Positions 1-9,264 are shown, numbered from the stretch's first letter. The stretch: 64,000 nucleotides of DNA from Candidatus Eiseniibacteriota bacterium (GCA_963744995.1 CAVUWA010000009.1:224001-288000); one strand, 5' to 3'. Notes: generated by a model not told the origin, from the letters alone. Program-made: numbers and translations.

Positions 1-1
1 C

Positions 2-919
2 ATGGAGGTGGCGCGCGACCGCGGGGTGCTCGACCGGCTGGTGAACGCGGGGGGACGGGTGCTGGAGCCCGGGCTGAGCGCGAGCCACGCGGCGCCGGGC
101 GGCGCGCGGCGCACCGGGGTGTGCGCCGGCGTGCTGCCGGATCCCGCCGATCCGCGCGACGGCTGGTGGAGCGCCGGCATCGACACGTGCGCCGCCGCGT
201 GCGTCACCGGCACCCTGTGCGATCCGCGCGGCCTCGATCTGCCGCGCGGTCCGATCGAGCTGCCCGAGATCCGCCCTTCGACCGAGAACTGGATCCTGCG
301 CCCGGACGCGGGCCCGGCTGACGCCAGCGTCGACGAAGGTGCGCCGCCGTTTCCGCTCGCCGCGCCGATCGAAGGACCGCTGCGCGGCAGCGTTCTGATC
401 GTCGCGGGCGATGGCGTTGCCGCCGAACAGATCCTGCCCTGGGGGGCGCGCATCCGGCCGCTGCTCGCCGACACCGAAAGACTCGGCGGGTTCGTCTTCC
501 ACGGCATCGACGATGCCTTCCCGGAGCGTGCGCGGCGCCACGGCGGCGGCTGGATCGTCGCCGGTGCGCGCTTCGGCCACGGCCGCTCGCGCGATCCGGT
601 GGCGCTCGCGCCACTGGCGCTCGGCGTGCGCGGCGTGATGGCGGTGTCGTTCGCGGCCGACTATCGTCGCCAGCTCGTGAACGCGGGGATCCTGCCGCTG
701 CGCTTCGTGGTGCCGGCCGAGCACGGCCGGATCCAGACCGGCGACGAGCTCGAGCTGCCCGGGGTCCCGGACGAGCTGTGGGAGGGCGCGCCGCTGGTGG
801 TGCGGAATCTGACGCGCGGCACGCGCTTCACGGTGCGCCACGAGCTCAACGCGCGCCAGCTGGAAACACTCGTGGCCGGCGGCCTGCTGCGGCGGGCGGC
901 CGCGGCGGCCCGCGCGTGA
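2..919 (+). CDS. Aconitase-like protein, C-terminal part including swivel domain (5' truncated by window edge); catalytic motifs degenerate
   Basis: GGGWIVAGARFGHGRSRDPVALAPLALGVRGVMAVSFAADYRRQLVNAGILPLRF and terminal AGGLL align by eye to the aconitase swivel consensus (GGFIVAGENYGQGSSREHAA..LGVKAVIAKSFARIH..NL.NFGILPL). Confidence 0.8.
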   Translation: MEVARDRGVLDRLVNAGGRVLEPGLSASHAAPGGARRTGVCAGVLPDPADPRDGWWSAGIDTCAAACVTGTLCDPRGLDLPRGPIELPEIRPSTENWILRPDAGPADASVDEGAPPFPLAAPIEGPLRGSVLIVAGDGVAAEQILPWGARIRPLLADTERLGGFVFHGIDDAFPERARRHGGGWIVAGARFGHGRSRDPVALAPLALGVRGVMAVSFAADYRRQLVNAGILPLRFVVPAEHGRIQTGDELELPGVPDELWEGAPLVVRNLTRGTRFTVRHELNARQLETLVAGGLLRRAAAAARA

Positions 920-1019
920 GGACGCGCTGCGGGATCGCCGCGCGCCGCTGCGGCGGCGACGGATATCGGATGGGGCTGGCGCGGTGCCCGCGGGCGCGGG
1001 CGGGGGAGGGAGCCTAGGC

Positions 1020-2024
1020 ATGCTGGTGGACTACGCGCGGATCCACGTCATCGGCGGGGATGGCGGCCGCGGTTGCGTGAGCTTCAGGCGCGAGAAGTAC
1101 GTGCCCAAGGGCGGACCCGACGGCGGCAACGGCGGCCGCGGCGGCAGCGTGACGCTGACGGTGGACCCGCACCTTCGCACGTTGCTAGACTGCCGCGAAG
1201 CGTCCGCGTTCCGCGCGGACGCCGGGCGACCGGGCTCGGGCAACAACCGCACCGGCCGCAACGGCGGCGACCGGGTCGTGCGCGTCCCGGCGGGCACGGT
1301 GGTCCGCGACGCCGAAACGGGCGAGACGCTCTGCGATCTGACCGCGGCCGGCGAGACCTACGTCGTCGCGCGCGGCGGTCGGGGCGGGCGCGGCAACGCG
1401 GAATTCGCCACGCCGACGCATCAGGCGCCGCGGCGCGCGGACCCGGGCGAGCCCGGCGAAATACGCTGGCTGGAACTCGAGCTGAAGCTGATCGCCGACG
1501 TCGGGCTCGTCGGGCTTCCCAATGCGGGCAAGTCGACCTTCCTGTCGCGGATCTCGCGGGCGCGCCCGAAAGTCGGCGATTATCCGTTCACGACGCTCGA
1601 GCCGAATCTCGGCATCGTACAGCTCGACGAGGAGCGGCAGATGGTGGTCGCGGATCTGCCGGGCCTGATCGAAGGGGCGCATGCCGGACGCGGCCTGGGT
1701 CTCGAGTTTCTGCGGCACGTGGAACGCACCCGCGTGCTGGCGTTCCTGATCGACGCGACCGCGACGGCGCCCGCCGCGGAGCGGGAAATGCTGGAGGAAG
1801 AGCTCACCAGGCACGGTCGCGGCCTCGAAAAGAAGCCCCGGCTCACGGTGCTCACGAAATCGGATCTGTTGCCGCCCGCCGAACGTGCGGGTGCCGCCGC
1901 GGCCGCCGGTCTGCCGGACGCGGTCGTGATCAGTTCCCACAGCGGCGACGGCGTGAAACCGCTGCTCGAAGCGTTGTGGCGAACGGCGCAAACCACCATG
2001 GAAAGCGAAGACGATGAGCGATGA
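1020..2024 (+). CDS. obgE: GTPase ObgE/CgtA
   Basis: Gly-rich Obg fold (GGDGGRGCVSFRREKYVPKGGPDGGNGG), G1 GLPNAGKST, YPFTT, DLPG, TKSD; ATG at 1020. Confidence 0.97.
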   Translation: MLVDYARIHVIGGDGGRGCVSFRREKYVPKGGPDGGNGGRGGSVTLTVDPHLRTLLDCREASAFRADAGRPGSGNNRTGRNGGDRVVRVPAGTVVRDAETGETLCDLTAAGETYVVARGGRGGRGNAEFATPTHQAPRRADPGEPGEIRWLELELKLIADVGLVGLPNAGKSTFLSRISRARPKVGDYPFTTLEPNLGIVQLDEERQMVVADLPGLIEGAHAGRGLGLEFLRHVERTRVLAFLIDATATAPAAEREMLEEELTRHGRGLEKKPRLTVLTKSDLLPPAERAGAAAAAGLPDAVVISSHSGDGVKPLLEALWRTAQTTMESEDDER

Positions 2025-2685
2025 CGGGTTCGGACAGCCCAAGCCCTTCGATGCCTTGAACACACGGGGCCTGATGGCGAAGCGTGAATATGTGATGGGC
2101 CTCGAGCAGCGGGCCGACCCGGAGGCGCTGTCACTGCTGGTCGAGTGCCTGTGCGACGAGTCGTGGTATCTGCGTGAGCTCGCCGAGGGCGCATTCATGC
2201 GGCTCGGCACCGAGCACGTCGCGGTCCTGCTGCCCCTGCTCGAGGACGGTCTCTGGTACACGCGCACCAGCGTGGCGCGGATCGTCGGGCGGCTGGGCGA
2301 GCGGCGTGCGGTGCCCGCGCTGCTCCGGCTCTGCAGCGACCCCAACGAGACGGTGGTCGAAGAGGCGCAGGAGGCGCTGGTCGCCATCGGGCGTTCGAAG
2401 GGCGCCTTCCGCCTCGCGCACGCGCTGCACGGTCTGCCGCCCGACGCACGCCGCGCGCGGCTCACCGAGCTCGGCCGGCGCGATCGGGCGCTGGCCGACC
2501 GGCTGCAACGGATGATGGACAACGACGAGCTGATGTCCGCGGACGATCCCGAGCAGATGGCGGACGATCACCCGCTGGTGCGCACCAGCGAAGAAGGCGT
2601 GGAGTGGGAGGTGCTGACCGGTCCTTCGTCCCCGAAGGAGCAGGGGAGTGAACGAAGCGAGCCGGACGGCCCGCGGACGCGCTGA
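2014..2685 (+). CDS. HEAT/PBS-lyase-like repeat protein
   Basis: Repeated units LLVECLCDESWYLRELA / LLPLLEDGLWYTRTSVARIVGRLG / ALLRLCSDPNETVVEEAQEALVAIG; overlaps obgE end. Confidence 0.8.
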   Translation: MSDDGFGQPKPFDALNTRGLMAKREYVMGLEQRADPEALSLLVECLCDESWYLRELAEGAFMRLGTEHVAVLLPLLEDGLWYTRTSVARIVGRLGERRAVPALLRLCSDPNETVVEEAQEALVAIGRSKGAFRLAHALHGLPPDARRARLTELGRRDRALADRLQRMMDNDELMSADDPEQMADDHPLVRTSEEGVEWEVLTGPSSPKEQGSERSEPDGPRTR

Positions 2686-3532
2686 GGCCGCTGATGCCGT
2701 CCTGCGGGCATGGCCGCGCGGCGACGCGCACTACCCGGGCGCGTTCGGGGATCTCCACGATCCGCCCGCAGTCCTGTGGGGGCGCGGCCGCTGGCCGCTC
2801 GCGGGGCCCGCGGTCGCGATCGTCGGATCGCGCGCCGCGACGACCTACGGCCGCGGTATCGCCAGGCGCCTCGCGGCCGACCTCGCCGCGCAGGGCGTGG
2901 TCGTGGTGAGCGGGCTCGCGCGCGGCGTGGACGCCGCCGCACACGAGGGTGCCCTGGACGCGGGCGGCCGGACGATCGCGGTGCTGCCGGGCGGGGTGGA
3001 CCGGATCGTGCCCGCTTCGCATCACGCGCTCGCGACGCGGATCATGGAGCGCGGCGCCTGCGTGTCGGAGCAGCCGCCCGGGGCGGCCCCGTTCCGCGGC
3101 CGCTTCATCGAGCGCAACCGGCTGATCGCCGCGCTCGCCGGGGCGACGGTCGTCGTCGAAGCCGCGCGGGTGAGCGGTGCGCTCAGCACCGCGCGCGCTG
3201 CGCGGCGCCTCGGCCGCGCCCTGTTCGCGGTGCCGGGCGACGTGGATCGCGAGACCAGCCGCGGCTGCCATGCCCTGCTCAGGGACGGAGCGCGTCTGTG
3301 CGAAGGCGCGGCCGACGTGCTCGCCGCGCTCGAGCGGGCGCCGGGCGCGCGAGCGGACAGCGGCGCTCTCGAGCGGGTCGCCGCGGCGCTCTCGACGACC
3401 CCGCGTTCGGTGGAGCACCTGGCGCGCGTGGCGGGCGTGGCGCCCCATGAAGCGGCGCGCCTGCTGCTGAGGCTCGGCTGGAGCGGCGTGGCCGTGGCGC
3501 ATCCCGGGCAGCGCTGGATGCGGGCGACGTGA
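2648..3532 (+). CDS. dprA: DNA-processing protein DprA (Smf); start uncertain
   Basis: DPPAVLW, AIVGSRAAT.YG, VVSGLARGVDAAAH, F..RNRLIAAL, VVEA...SGAL.TA motifs. Confidence 0.93.
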   Translation: MNEASRTARGRAEAADAVLRAWPRGDAHYPGAFGDLHDPPAVLWGRGRWPLAGPAVAIVGSRAATTYGRGIARRLAADLAAQGVVVVSGLARGVDAAAHEGALDAGGRTIAVLPGGVDRIVPASHHALATRIMERGACVSEQPPGAAPFRGRFIERNRLIAALAGATVVVEAARVSGALSTARAARRLGRALFAVPGDVDRETSRGCHALLRDGARLCEGAADVLAALERAPGARADSGALERVAAALSTTPRSVEHLARVAGVAPHEAARLLLRLGWSGVAVAHPGQRWMRAT

Positions 3533-3584
3533 GCTCGCCCGGCGCCTCAGTCCCCGGCGCGGCCGCCCCCGCGGGGCGCGGCCG

Positions 3585-4472
3585 GTGAGCGCCGCGCATC
3601 GCGCCGAGGCGCTGCTCGTGCGCGCCAGCATCGCGTGGGCGCGCAGCCGGCCGTGGCCCGGATGCCACGCGATCGGCGAAGCGATCGGCGATCTCGCGCA
3701 CGCCCTGCGCCTCAGACGCCGCGTTGCGGCCGCTCAGATCGCCGCAGCATTTCCGGAGCTCGGGGAGGAAGCGCGCGCCGCGATCCTCGCGGCTCACTAC
3801 CGCGAGCTCGGCCGGGTGTGGACGGAGTACGCCTGGATGCCCGAGCTGCTGCGCGAGCCGGGCGAACGGGTGGTGCGCCGGGTGCGCGGGATCGGGCATC
3901 TGGAAGCGCTGCGCGGCCGCGGCGCGATCCTGCTCACCGGACACTTCGGACCGTTCGAGCTGCTGGGAGCCTGGCTCGGACGCCTGAACCCGGTGGACTT
4001 CGTGGTGAAGCCCTTGAGCAACCCGTACGTCGAAGCGATGCTGCGCGCGAACCGCGAGGGGGCGGGGGTCGGCACGATCCCGCTCGGCATGTCGCTGCGC
4101 GGTACGCTGCGCGCATTGCGCGCGGGGCGCTGGGTGGCCATGCTCGCCGACCAGGACGCGCGGCGCCATGGCGTGTTCGTTCCGTTCATGGGTCGGCCGG
4201 CGAGCACGCCGGTGGGACCGGCGCGCCTCTCGATTGCGGCGGACGTGCCGATCGTGATGGGCTTCGCCGAACGACGCACCGACGGCCGGCTCGAGCTGGA
4301 GATCCTGGCGCCGCTGCGCGCCCGCGACCCGCATGCGGAGGATGCCGCGCTCGAACTCACCGCGCGCCACACCGCCTGCCTCGAGGCGCGCGTGCGGCGC
4401 CGTCCGGAGCAATGGTTCTGGCTGCACCGGCGCTGGAAGACCGCGCCGCCACCCGGGGAGGGTTCCGCCTGA
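3585..4472 (+). CDS. Lipid A biosynthesis lauroyl/myristoyl acyltransferase (LpxL/HtrB family)
   Basis: LLTGHFGPFE (H-x4-E), MLADQDA, FVPFMGRPAST, PEQWFWLHRRWK. Confidence 0.9.
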   Translation: MSAAHRAEALLVRASIAWARSRPWPGCHAIGEAIGDLAHALRLRRRVAAAQIAAAFPELGEEARAAILAAHYRELGRVWTEYAWMPELLREPGERVVRRVRGIGHLEALRGRGAILLTGHFGPFELLGAWLGRLNPVDFVVKPLSNPYVEAMLRANREGAGVGTIPLGMSLRGTLRALRAGRWVAMLADQDARRHGVFVPFMGRPASTPVGPARLSIAADVPIVMGFAERRTDGRLELEILAPLRARDPHAEDAALELTARHTACLEARVRRRPEQWFWLHRRWKTAPPPGEGSA

Positions 4473-4894
4473 TGCACCGTTTCGAGCTGCGCGTGCGCTA
4501 CGCCGACACCGACCAGATGGGCTTCGCCTACTACGGTCACTACCTGCGCTGGTTCGAGATCGGGCGCGCCGAGATGCTGCGGTCGCTGGGCAGGAGCTAC
4601 GCCCGCGTCGAAACGGAGGACGGCGTCTCGCTGCCGGTGCTCGCCGCGCACTGCCGCTACCTGAAGCCCGCGCGCTACGACGCGCGCGTGCGGATCGAGA
4701 CGGGGGTCCTTGCGCTGGGCCGCGCCTCGGTGCGTTTCGCCTATCGGATCGTGAACGCAGAGGACGAAACCCTGCACGCGCATGGCTGGACCGAGCACTG
4801 CTTCATGGGGGCGGGCGATCGGCCCGTGCGGCCGCCCGGCCCGCTGCGCGAAATGCTCGAGCGTGCGCCGCGGGCCACCGCGGCGGAGGCATGA
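4472..4894 (+). CDS. Acyl-CoA thioesterase (YbgC/FadM hotdog family)
   Basis: RVRYADTDQMGFAYYGHYLRWFEIGR and RYLKPARYD; ATG overlaps upstream TGA. Confidence 0.92.
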   Translation: MHRFELRVRYADTDQMGFAYYGHYLRWFEIGRAEMLRSLGRSYARVETEDGVSLPVLAAHCRYLKPARYDARVRIETGVLALGRASVRFAYRIVNAEDETLHAHGWTEHCFMGAGDRPVRPPGPLREMLERAPRATAAEA

Positions 4895-4931
4895 GGCCGC
4901 CCCGGCCGGCTGGCGGGACCTTCGGACGGAT

Positions 4932-5261
4932 CTAGGACGATGAGGCCGGCGGCGGCGACGGCGACGACGACTTGAAGCCGAGCTCGCGGCCGCGCTCGTC
5001 GCCCGGGACCTTGATCGGGCCGTACTGCCCCTCGTACGTCTTGAGATTGGTCTCGAGCGCCTGCAGCAGCGACTTCGCGTGCTGCGGCGTGAGGATCACG
5101 CGCGCGTAGACCTTGGCCTTGGGCAGGCCCGGCAGCGCGCGGGCGAAGTCGAGGATCACTTCCGAGGCCGAGTGCGCGATCAGCACGAGGTTGGAGTAGA
5201 GGCCCTCGGCTTCCCGCTCGCCGAGTTCGACCTGCAACGGCTGGTTCTGCGGCTTGTCCAC
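4932..5261 (-). CDS. DUF3467 family protein
   Basis: LQVELGEREAEGLYSNLVLIAHSASEVILDFAR..PG.PKAKVYARVILTPQHAK; GTG start at 5261 chosen behind GGAG. Confidence 0.8.
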   Translation of the reverse strand: MDKPQNQPLQVELGEREAEGLYSNLVLIAHSASEVILDFARALPGLPKAKVYARVILTPQHAKSLLQALETNLKTYEGQYGPIKVPGDERGRELGFKSSSPSPPPASSS

Positions 5262-5336
5262 GCGAGACTCCTGTTCACCCAGTGAGTGGGGCATTGGGCC
5301 ACGCGATGGGCCCGGACGGTGCGGCACGGAGGCCGA

Positions 5337-5366
5337 ACGTTAGAGGCCCCGCGCCGCGAGCGTCAA
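5337..5366 (-). promoter_or_regulatory. Putative sigma70 promoter for the DUF3467 gene
   Basis: Minus strand TTGACG-N18-TAACGT. Confidence 0.55.
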
Positions 5367-5476
5367 GCCAGGGCGCGACTTAGCCCGTTCGCCTTCGAGC
5401 GGCGCCGGAGTTGGGAAGATGGCACGTCCGTTGCGCTCCAGCCCTGTGTCCCGGCCAGCGGTGGGGACCACTACCC

Positions 5477-7351
5477 ATGCCAGAGCCCACACGATTCACC
5501 TCGCCCGGCAGCCCCGATATCCGCCTGTCCGAAAGCGCCTCCCGTCTGGATGCGGCGCTGCTCAGGGCCGGAGATCCCGGTGCGGACGCCGAACCCATCG
5601 AGCGCGCGCTGCTCGACTACGCGACCCACCCGGGCGGCGCCGGGGCGAGCGAAGCGTGGCTGCTGGCGTGGAATGCGAGCGCGAGCCGCTTCGGCGGCTG
5701 GAGCTGGGCCGGTGCGGGCGGGACGCGACCGCTCGCCGAGGCGCTCGATCTCGCGCGTCCGGCGCGTCCGGATCCCGAACGTCAGGAACGGGTCGCGCGG
5801 CTCAGGCGCCGCACGTTCGAGCTGCAGGCCCTGGGGACGGTTCCCGGTCGCGCGTGGTCGAGCGGGCATGCCGCCACCGGGCCCGCCGACGCCGACGCGG
5901 GTCTCTGGCCCGCGCAGGCGCTGCTCTACGTGGTGCCGGTGCGGCGCGGCAACGCGGCGCATGGTCTGCTGATCGCGGTGGGTTCCGAAACCGAGGTGGA
6001 CGGCCGGCGCCTGGCGCTCCTCGAGCACGCGGCGGCGTCGGCATCGGCGGCGCTGGCGGTGCAGGCGCGCGCGCAGTCGGAGCGGCTCCGCGCGATGCGC
6101 GCGGGCGCGCTCGCGGAGATGGCGCGCGCGAGCGTGTCGGCGATGAACGTCGCCGAGGCTCAGCATCTGGCGACGCGGCTGGCGGCGCGCGTCACCGGGG
6201 CCCGCGGCAGCGCGGCGTGGCGCGTGCACGGCGACACGCTCAGGCTCGAAGTCACCCACGGCCCGGCCGGGCAGCGTGAGCGCATCGCGCGGGAGCTGAT
6301 GGGCGAGGCGCGCGAAGCGACGCTGGCGATGACCCCGCGGGTGCTCGATCCCGGCGCGGAAGGCGCCGCGGAGCGCACGGTGACGAGCGCCGGGATCGTG
6401 CCGCTCGTCGCCTACGGGCACCCGCGGGGCGCGCTCGGCGTGTGGGAGAAGACCTCGCTCCATCCCGCCGAGCCGGACGGATTCGACGCCGCCGACATGG
6501 AGTTCCTGCATACGCTCGGCGACCTGCTGGCGATGTCACTGGACCATGCCGCACGTTTCGACGCCCTGCGCGCCGCCGAGCGCGAGCGCGAGGAGTTGCG
6601 CGCGCGGGTGCGTCGCGAGGAGCGCCTGGCCGCGGCGGGCGAGTTCGCTTCGCGGGCGGCGCGTGAGGTCCGCAACCCGATCGCCGCGGTCGCTGCGTTC
6701 GCCCGTCGGGCCCGGCGCGAAATGAAGCCCGATGATCCGCTGCGCGAATACCTCGAGATCGTGCTTCGCGAGATCGACCGCATCGACCGCATCACGCGCG
6801 AGCAGCTCGCGCTCGCCGAAATGCAACCGCCGCGGCTCTCCCTCGAAAACGTGAACGTGGTGGTGGGGCGGGCCCTGCAGCGTGCCGGCGAACCGCTGGT
6901 GCGGCGCCGCATCCGGCTGCTCAAGAAGCTGGCGGCCGATCTGCCCGCGCTGCTCCTCGACCCCGAGCGCATGGAGCGGGTGATCGGCAACATCGTCGGC
7001 CAGGCGGTGGACGCGGTGCCGCTCGGCGGACGGGTGCGGGTCGAGACCCGCCGCGCCGGCGGCTTCGTGGTGATCGAGGTCGCTCACGACGGCGCGCACG
7101 ATCCCGGCGCGATGATGGAACAGCTGTTTGCGCCGTTCGCTCCGGCCCCGGACGGCGCCGGTGTCGGACTCGGGGTCGCGCGCCAGGTGATCCACGAACA
7201 CGGCGGCGAGATCCGCGTGCGCGCGGACGTCGAGTGGAGCACGGTGCTGACGCTCACGCTGCCGGTGCTGGAGAACGACGACCGCCGCCGGCCGGGCGCG
7301 GACCGCCGCCGGCCGCGACGCGACCGTCGCCGGGGCTCCGGCCAGACCTGA
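5477..7351 (+). CDS. GAF-domain sensor histidine-kinase-like protein lacking the phospho-acceptor His (probable pseudokinase)
   Basis: GAF-like segment (IVPLVAYGHPRGALGV..FDAADMEFLHTLG), DHp-like AAREVRNP, HATPase-like GAGVGLGVARQVIHEHGGEI; start approximate. Confidence 0.82.
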   Translation: MPEPTRFTSPGSPDIRLSESASRLDAALLRAGDPGADAEPIERALLDYATHPGGAGASEAWLLAWNASASRFGGWSWAGAGGTRPLAEALDLARPARPDPERQERVARLRRRTFELQALGTVPGRAWSSGHAATGPADADAGLWPAQALLYVVPVRRGNAAHGLLIAVGSETEVDGRRLALLEHAAASASAALAVQARAQSERLRAMRAGALAEMARASVSAMNVAEAQHLATRLAARVTGARGSAAWRVHGDTLRLEVTHGPAGQRERIARELMGEAREATLAMTPRVLDPGAEGAAERTVTSAGIVPLVAYGHPRGALGVWEKTSLHPAEPDGFDAADMEFLHTLGDLLAMSLDHAARFDALRAAEREREELRARVRREERLAAAGEFASRAAREVRNPIAAVAAFARRARREMKPDDPLREYLEIVLREIDRIDRITREQLALAEMQPPRLSLENVNVVVGRALQRAGEPLVRRRIRLLKKLAADLPALLLDPERMERVIGNIVGQAVDAVPLGGRVRVETRRAGGFVVIEVAHDGAHDPGAMMEQLFAPFAPAPDGAGVGLGVARQVIHEHGGEIRVRADVEWSTVLTLTLPVLENDDRRRPGADRRRPRRDRRRGSGQT

Positions 7352-7505
7352 ACCGGAGGGCGGGCCGGTTCGGATCGCGGCGGCCCGCGGCGCCCGGACG
7401 AGTTTCCGGGGCAGCGGTGCCCGGACGGTGTCCGGCCCGGGTGGCGGCGTCCCGAAAGCGGCTCCAGTCGTGCGTTTTCGCGCCCTCGCCACGCCCCCCG
7501 TCGGT

Positions 7506-7535
7506 TTGACGAGCGGGCGGAGGGTGCGGTAGAAA
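7506..7535 (+). promoter_or_regulatory. Putative sigma70 promoter of the tRNA-Phe/tRNA-Thr pair
   Basis: TTGACG-N18-TAGAAA about 20 nt upstream of tRNA-Phe; weak -10. Confidence 0.45.
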
Positions 7536-7555
7536 ACGGGCCCGTCGGTATCGGT

Positions 7556-7631
7556 GCGACCCTAGCTCAGTTGGTAGAGCACGTGACTGAAAATCACGGT
7601 GTCCCCAGTTCGATTCTGGGGGGTCGCACCA
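7556..7631 (+). tRNA. tRNA-Phe(GAA)
   Basis: Cloverleaf GCGACCC/GGGTCGC acceptor, CGTGA-CTGAAAA-TCACG anticodon arm, TTCGATT T-loop, encoded CCA. Confidence 0.97.
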
Positions 7632-7688
7632 TTTTGTCATGGATCTGGAAGCCGCACGCCCGCCGCGAGGCGGGGCTGCGGTCGCGGG

Positions 7689-7764
7689 GCTGGTGTAGCT
7701 CAGCTGGTAGAGCACTTCACTCGTAATGAAGGGGTCGGCGGTTCGATTCCGCCCACCAGCTCCA
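7689..7764 (+). tRNA. tRNA-Thr(CGT)
   Basis: GCTGGTG/CACCAGC acceptor, CTTCA-CTCGTAA-TGAAG anticodon arm, TTCGATT, encoded CCA. Confidence 0.97.
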
Positions 7765-7899
7765 GTCATCCGGCTCCGACGGGAGCCGGCGGGCCGATGC
7801 CGGGCGCACGAGGCGCAGGCACCGGCCCGTTTCGCATGGCAGACCCCCGCGGACGGGGCGCCGTGCCGCGGCACGCGGACGTCCGCGAGGTCGGCCACG

Positions 7900-9264
7900 A
7901 TGGCACCACTGATGATCAGCGTTGCGGGGGTGCGCGGCGTCGTCGGCGAGACGCTCACGCCGCCGGTGCTCGCCCGCTTCGCCGCCGCCTTCGGGCGCCT
8001 TGCCCCGGCGGGTCCGATCGTCGTGGGCCGTGACGCGCGGCCCTCCGGGCCGATGGTGCTGCACGCGGTGAAGGCGGGACTCGCGGCCGCCGGGCGTGAC
8101 GTGGTGGACCTCGGGCTCGCGACGACACCGGCCACCCAGGTGGCGGTCGAACACCTGCACGCGGGCGGCGGCGTGATCCTCACCGCGAGCCACAATCCAT
8201 CGCCGTGGAACGCACTCAAGTTCCTCTCGGCGCGCGGCGAGTTCCTCGACCAGGCGACCGGGAACGCGGTGCGCGAGCGCTTCGAGGCCGATCGCGACCT
8301 GTGGGTGCCGTCCGCACGGCTCGGCGTCGAGCGCGAGGAGACCGGCGCGCTCGACTGGCATCTGCAGCTCGTGCTCGGTCTGCCGTTCATCGACGTCGCG
8401 AGAATCCGTGCGCGCGCGCTGCGCGTCGCGGTGGACGGGTGCGCGAGCGTCGGCGGGGTTGCGGTGCCGGCGCTGCTCGAGCGGCTGGGTGCGGGCGTCG
8501 TGCCGCTCGATTGCGAGCCGAACGGCCGCTTCACGCGCGAACTCGAGCCGCTGCCCGAGCACCTCGGCGCGCTGGGTCGTGCCGTACTGGAGAGCGGCGC
8601 GGACTTCGGCGTCGCGGTGGATCCCGACTCCGACCGCGCGGCGTTCGTGGACGCGGAAGGCCGGCCGCTCGGCGAGGAGTTCACCGTCGCACTCGGCACC
8701 GCCGCGGTGCTCGAGACCACACCCGGCCCGGTGGTGACAAACCTCTCCACCTCTCTTATCATGGACGCCGTCTGCGGACGCTACGACGTCGCGCTGCACC
8801 GCACGCCGGTGGGCGAGGCCCACGTCGTCGGGAGAATGCGCGAGATCCAGGCGGTCGCAGGCGGCGAAGGAAACGGCGGCATGATCGTCCCGGCGGCCCA
8901 CTACGGTCGCGACGCTCTGGTGGCGGTGGCCCTGGTGGCGCACCGCATGGCCGTGAGCGGTCAGAGTCTCCGCGCGCTCGCCGACATGCTCCCCGCGTAC
9001 GCCATGGTGAAGGAGAAGGTGGCGCGCCCCGATACCCCATGGGACGAGATCGCGCAGCGTCTCACCCGCGCGTTCGCGGACCACGCGGTCGAGAAGAGCG
9101 ACGGTCTGCGTTTTCATCGCGAAGACGAATGGATCCATGTGCGCCCATCGGGCACGGAACCGGTGGTTCGCCTGATTGCCGAGTCGCCTCGAGCGGAGCG
9201 GACGCGAGCGTTGCTCGATCGTGCGCGCACCGCGCTGGCGGCGGCGGACCCGGGAGGTTCCTGA
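7900..9264 (+). CDS. glmM: Alpha-D-phosphohexomutase, probably phosphoglucosamine mutase (GlmM-like/PMM)
   Basis: ILTASHNP catalytic Ser, DPDSDR metal loop, GGEGNGG, RPSGTEP; directly upstream of glmS. Confidence 0.85.
   Translation: MAPLMISVAGVRGVVGETLTPPVLARFAAAFGRLAPAGPIVVGRDARPSGPMVLHAVKAGLAAAGRDVVDLGLATTPATQVAVEHLHAGGGVILTASHNPSPWNALKFLSARGEFLDQATGNAVRERFEADRDLWVPSARLGVEREETGALDWHLQLVLGLPFIDVARIRARALRVAVDGCASVGGVAVPALLERLGAGVVPLDCEPNGRFTRELEPLPEHLGALGRAVLESGADFGVAVDPDSDRAAFVDAEGRPLGEEFTVALGTAAVLETTPGPVVTNLSTSLIMDAVCGRYDVALHRTPVGEAHVVGRMREIQAVAGGEGNGGMIVPAAHYGRDALVAVALVAHRMAVSGQSLRALADMLPAYAMVKEKVARPDTPWDEIAQRLTRAFADHAVEKSDGLRFHREDEWIHVRPSGTEPVVRLIAESPRAERTRALLDRARTALAAADPGGS

Noticed and set aside
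7352..7900. Possible glmS ribozyme upstream of glmM-glmS (GCGCCCGGAC and TTGACGAG fragments)
   Set aside because: The fragments are about 100 nt apart without the ribozyme pairing, lie upstream of two tRNAs, and TTGACG is better explained as a -35; glmS starts immediately after the glmM stop
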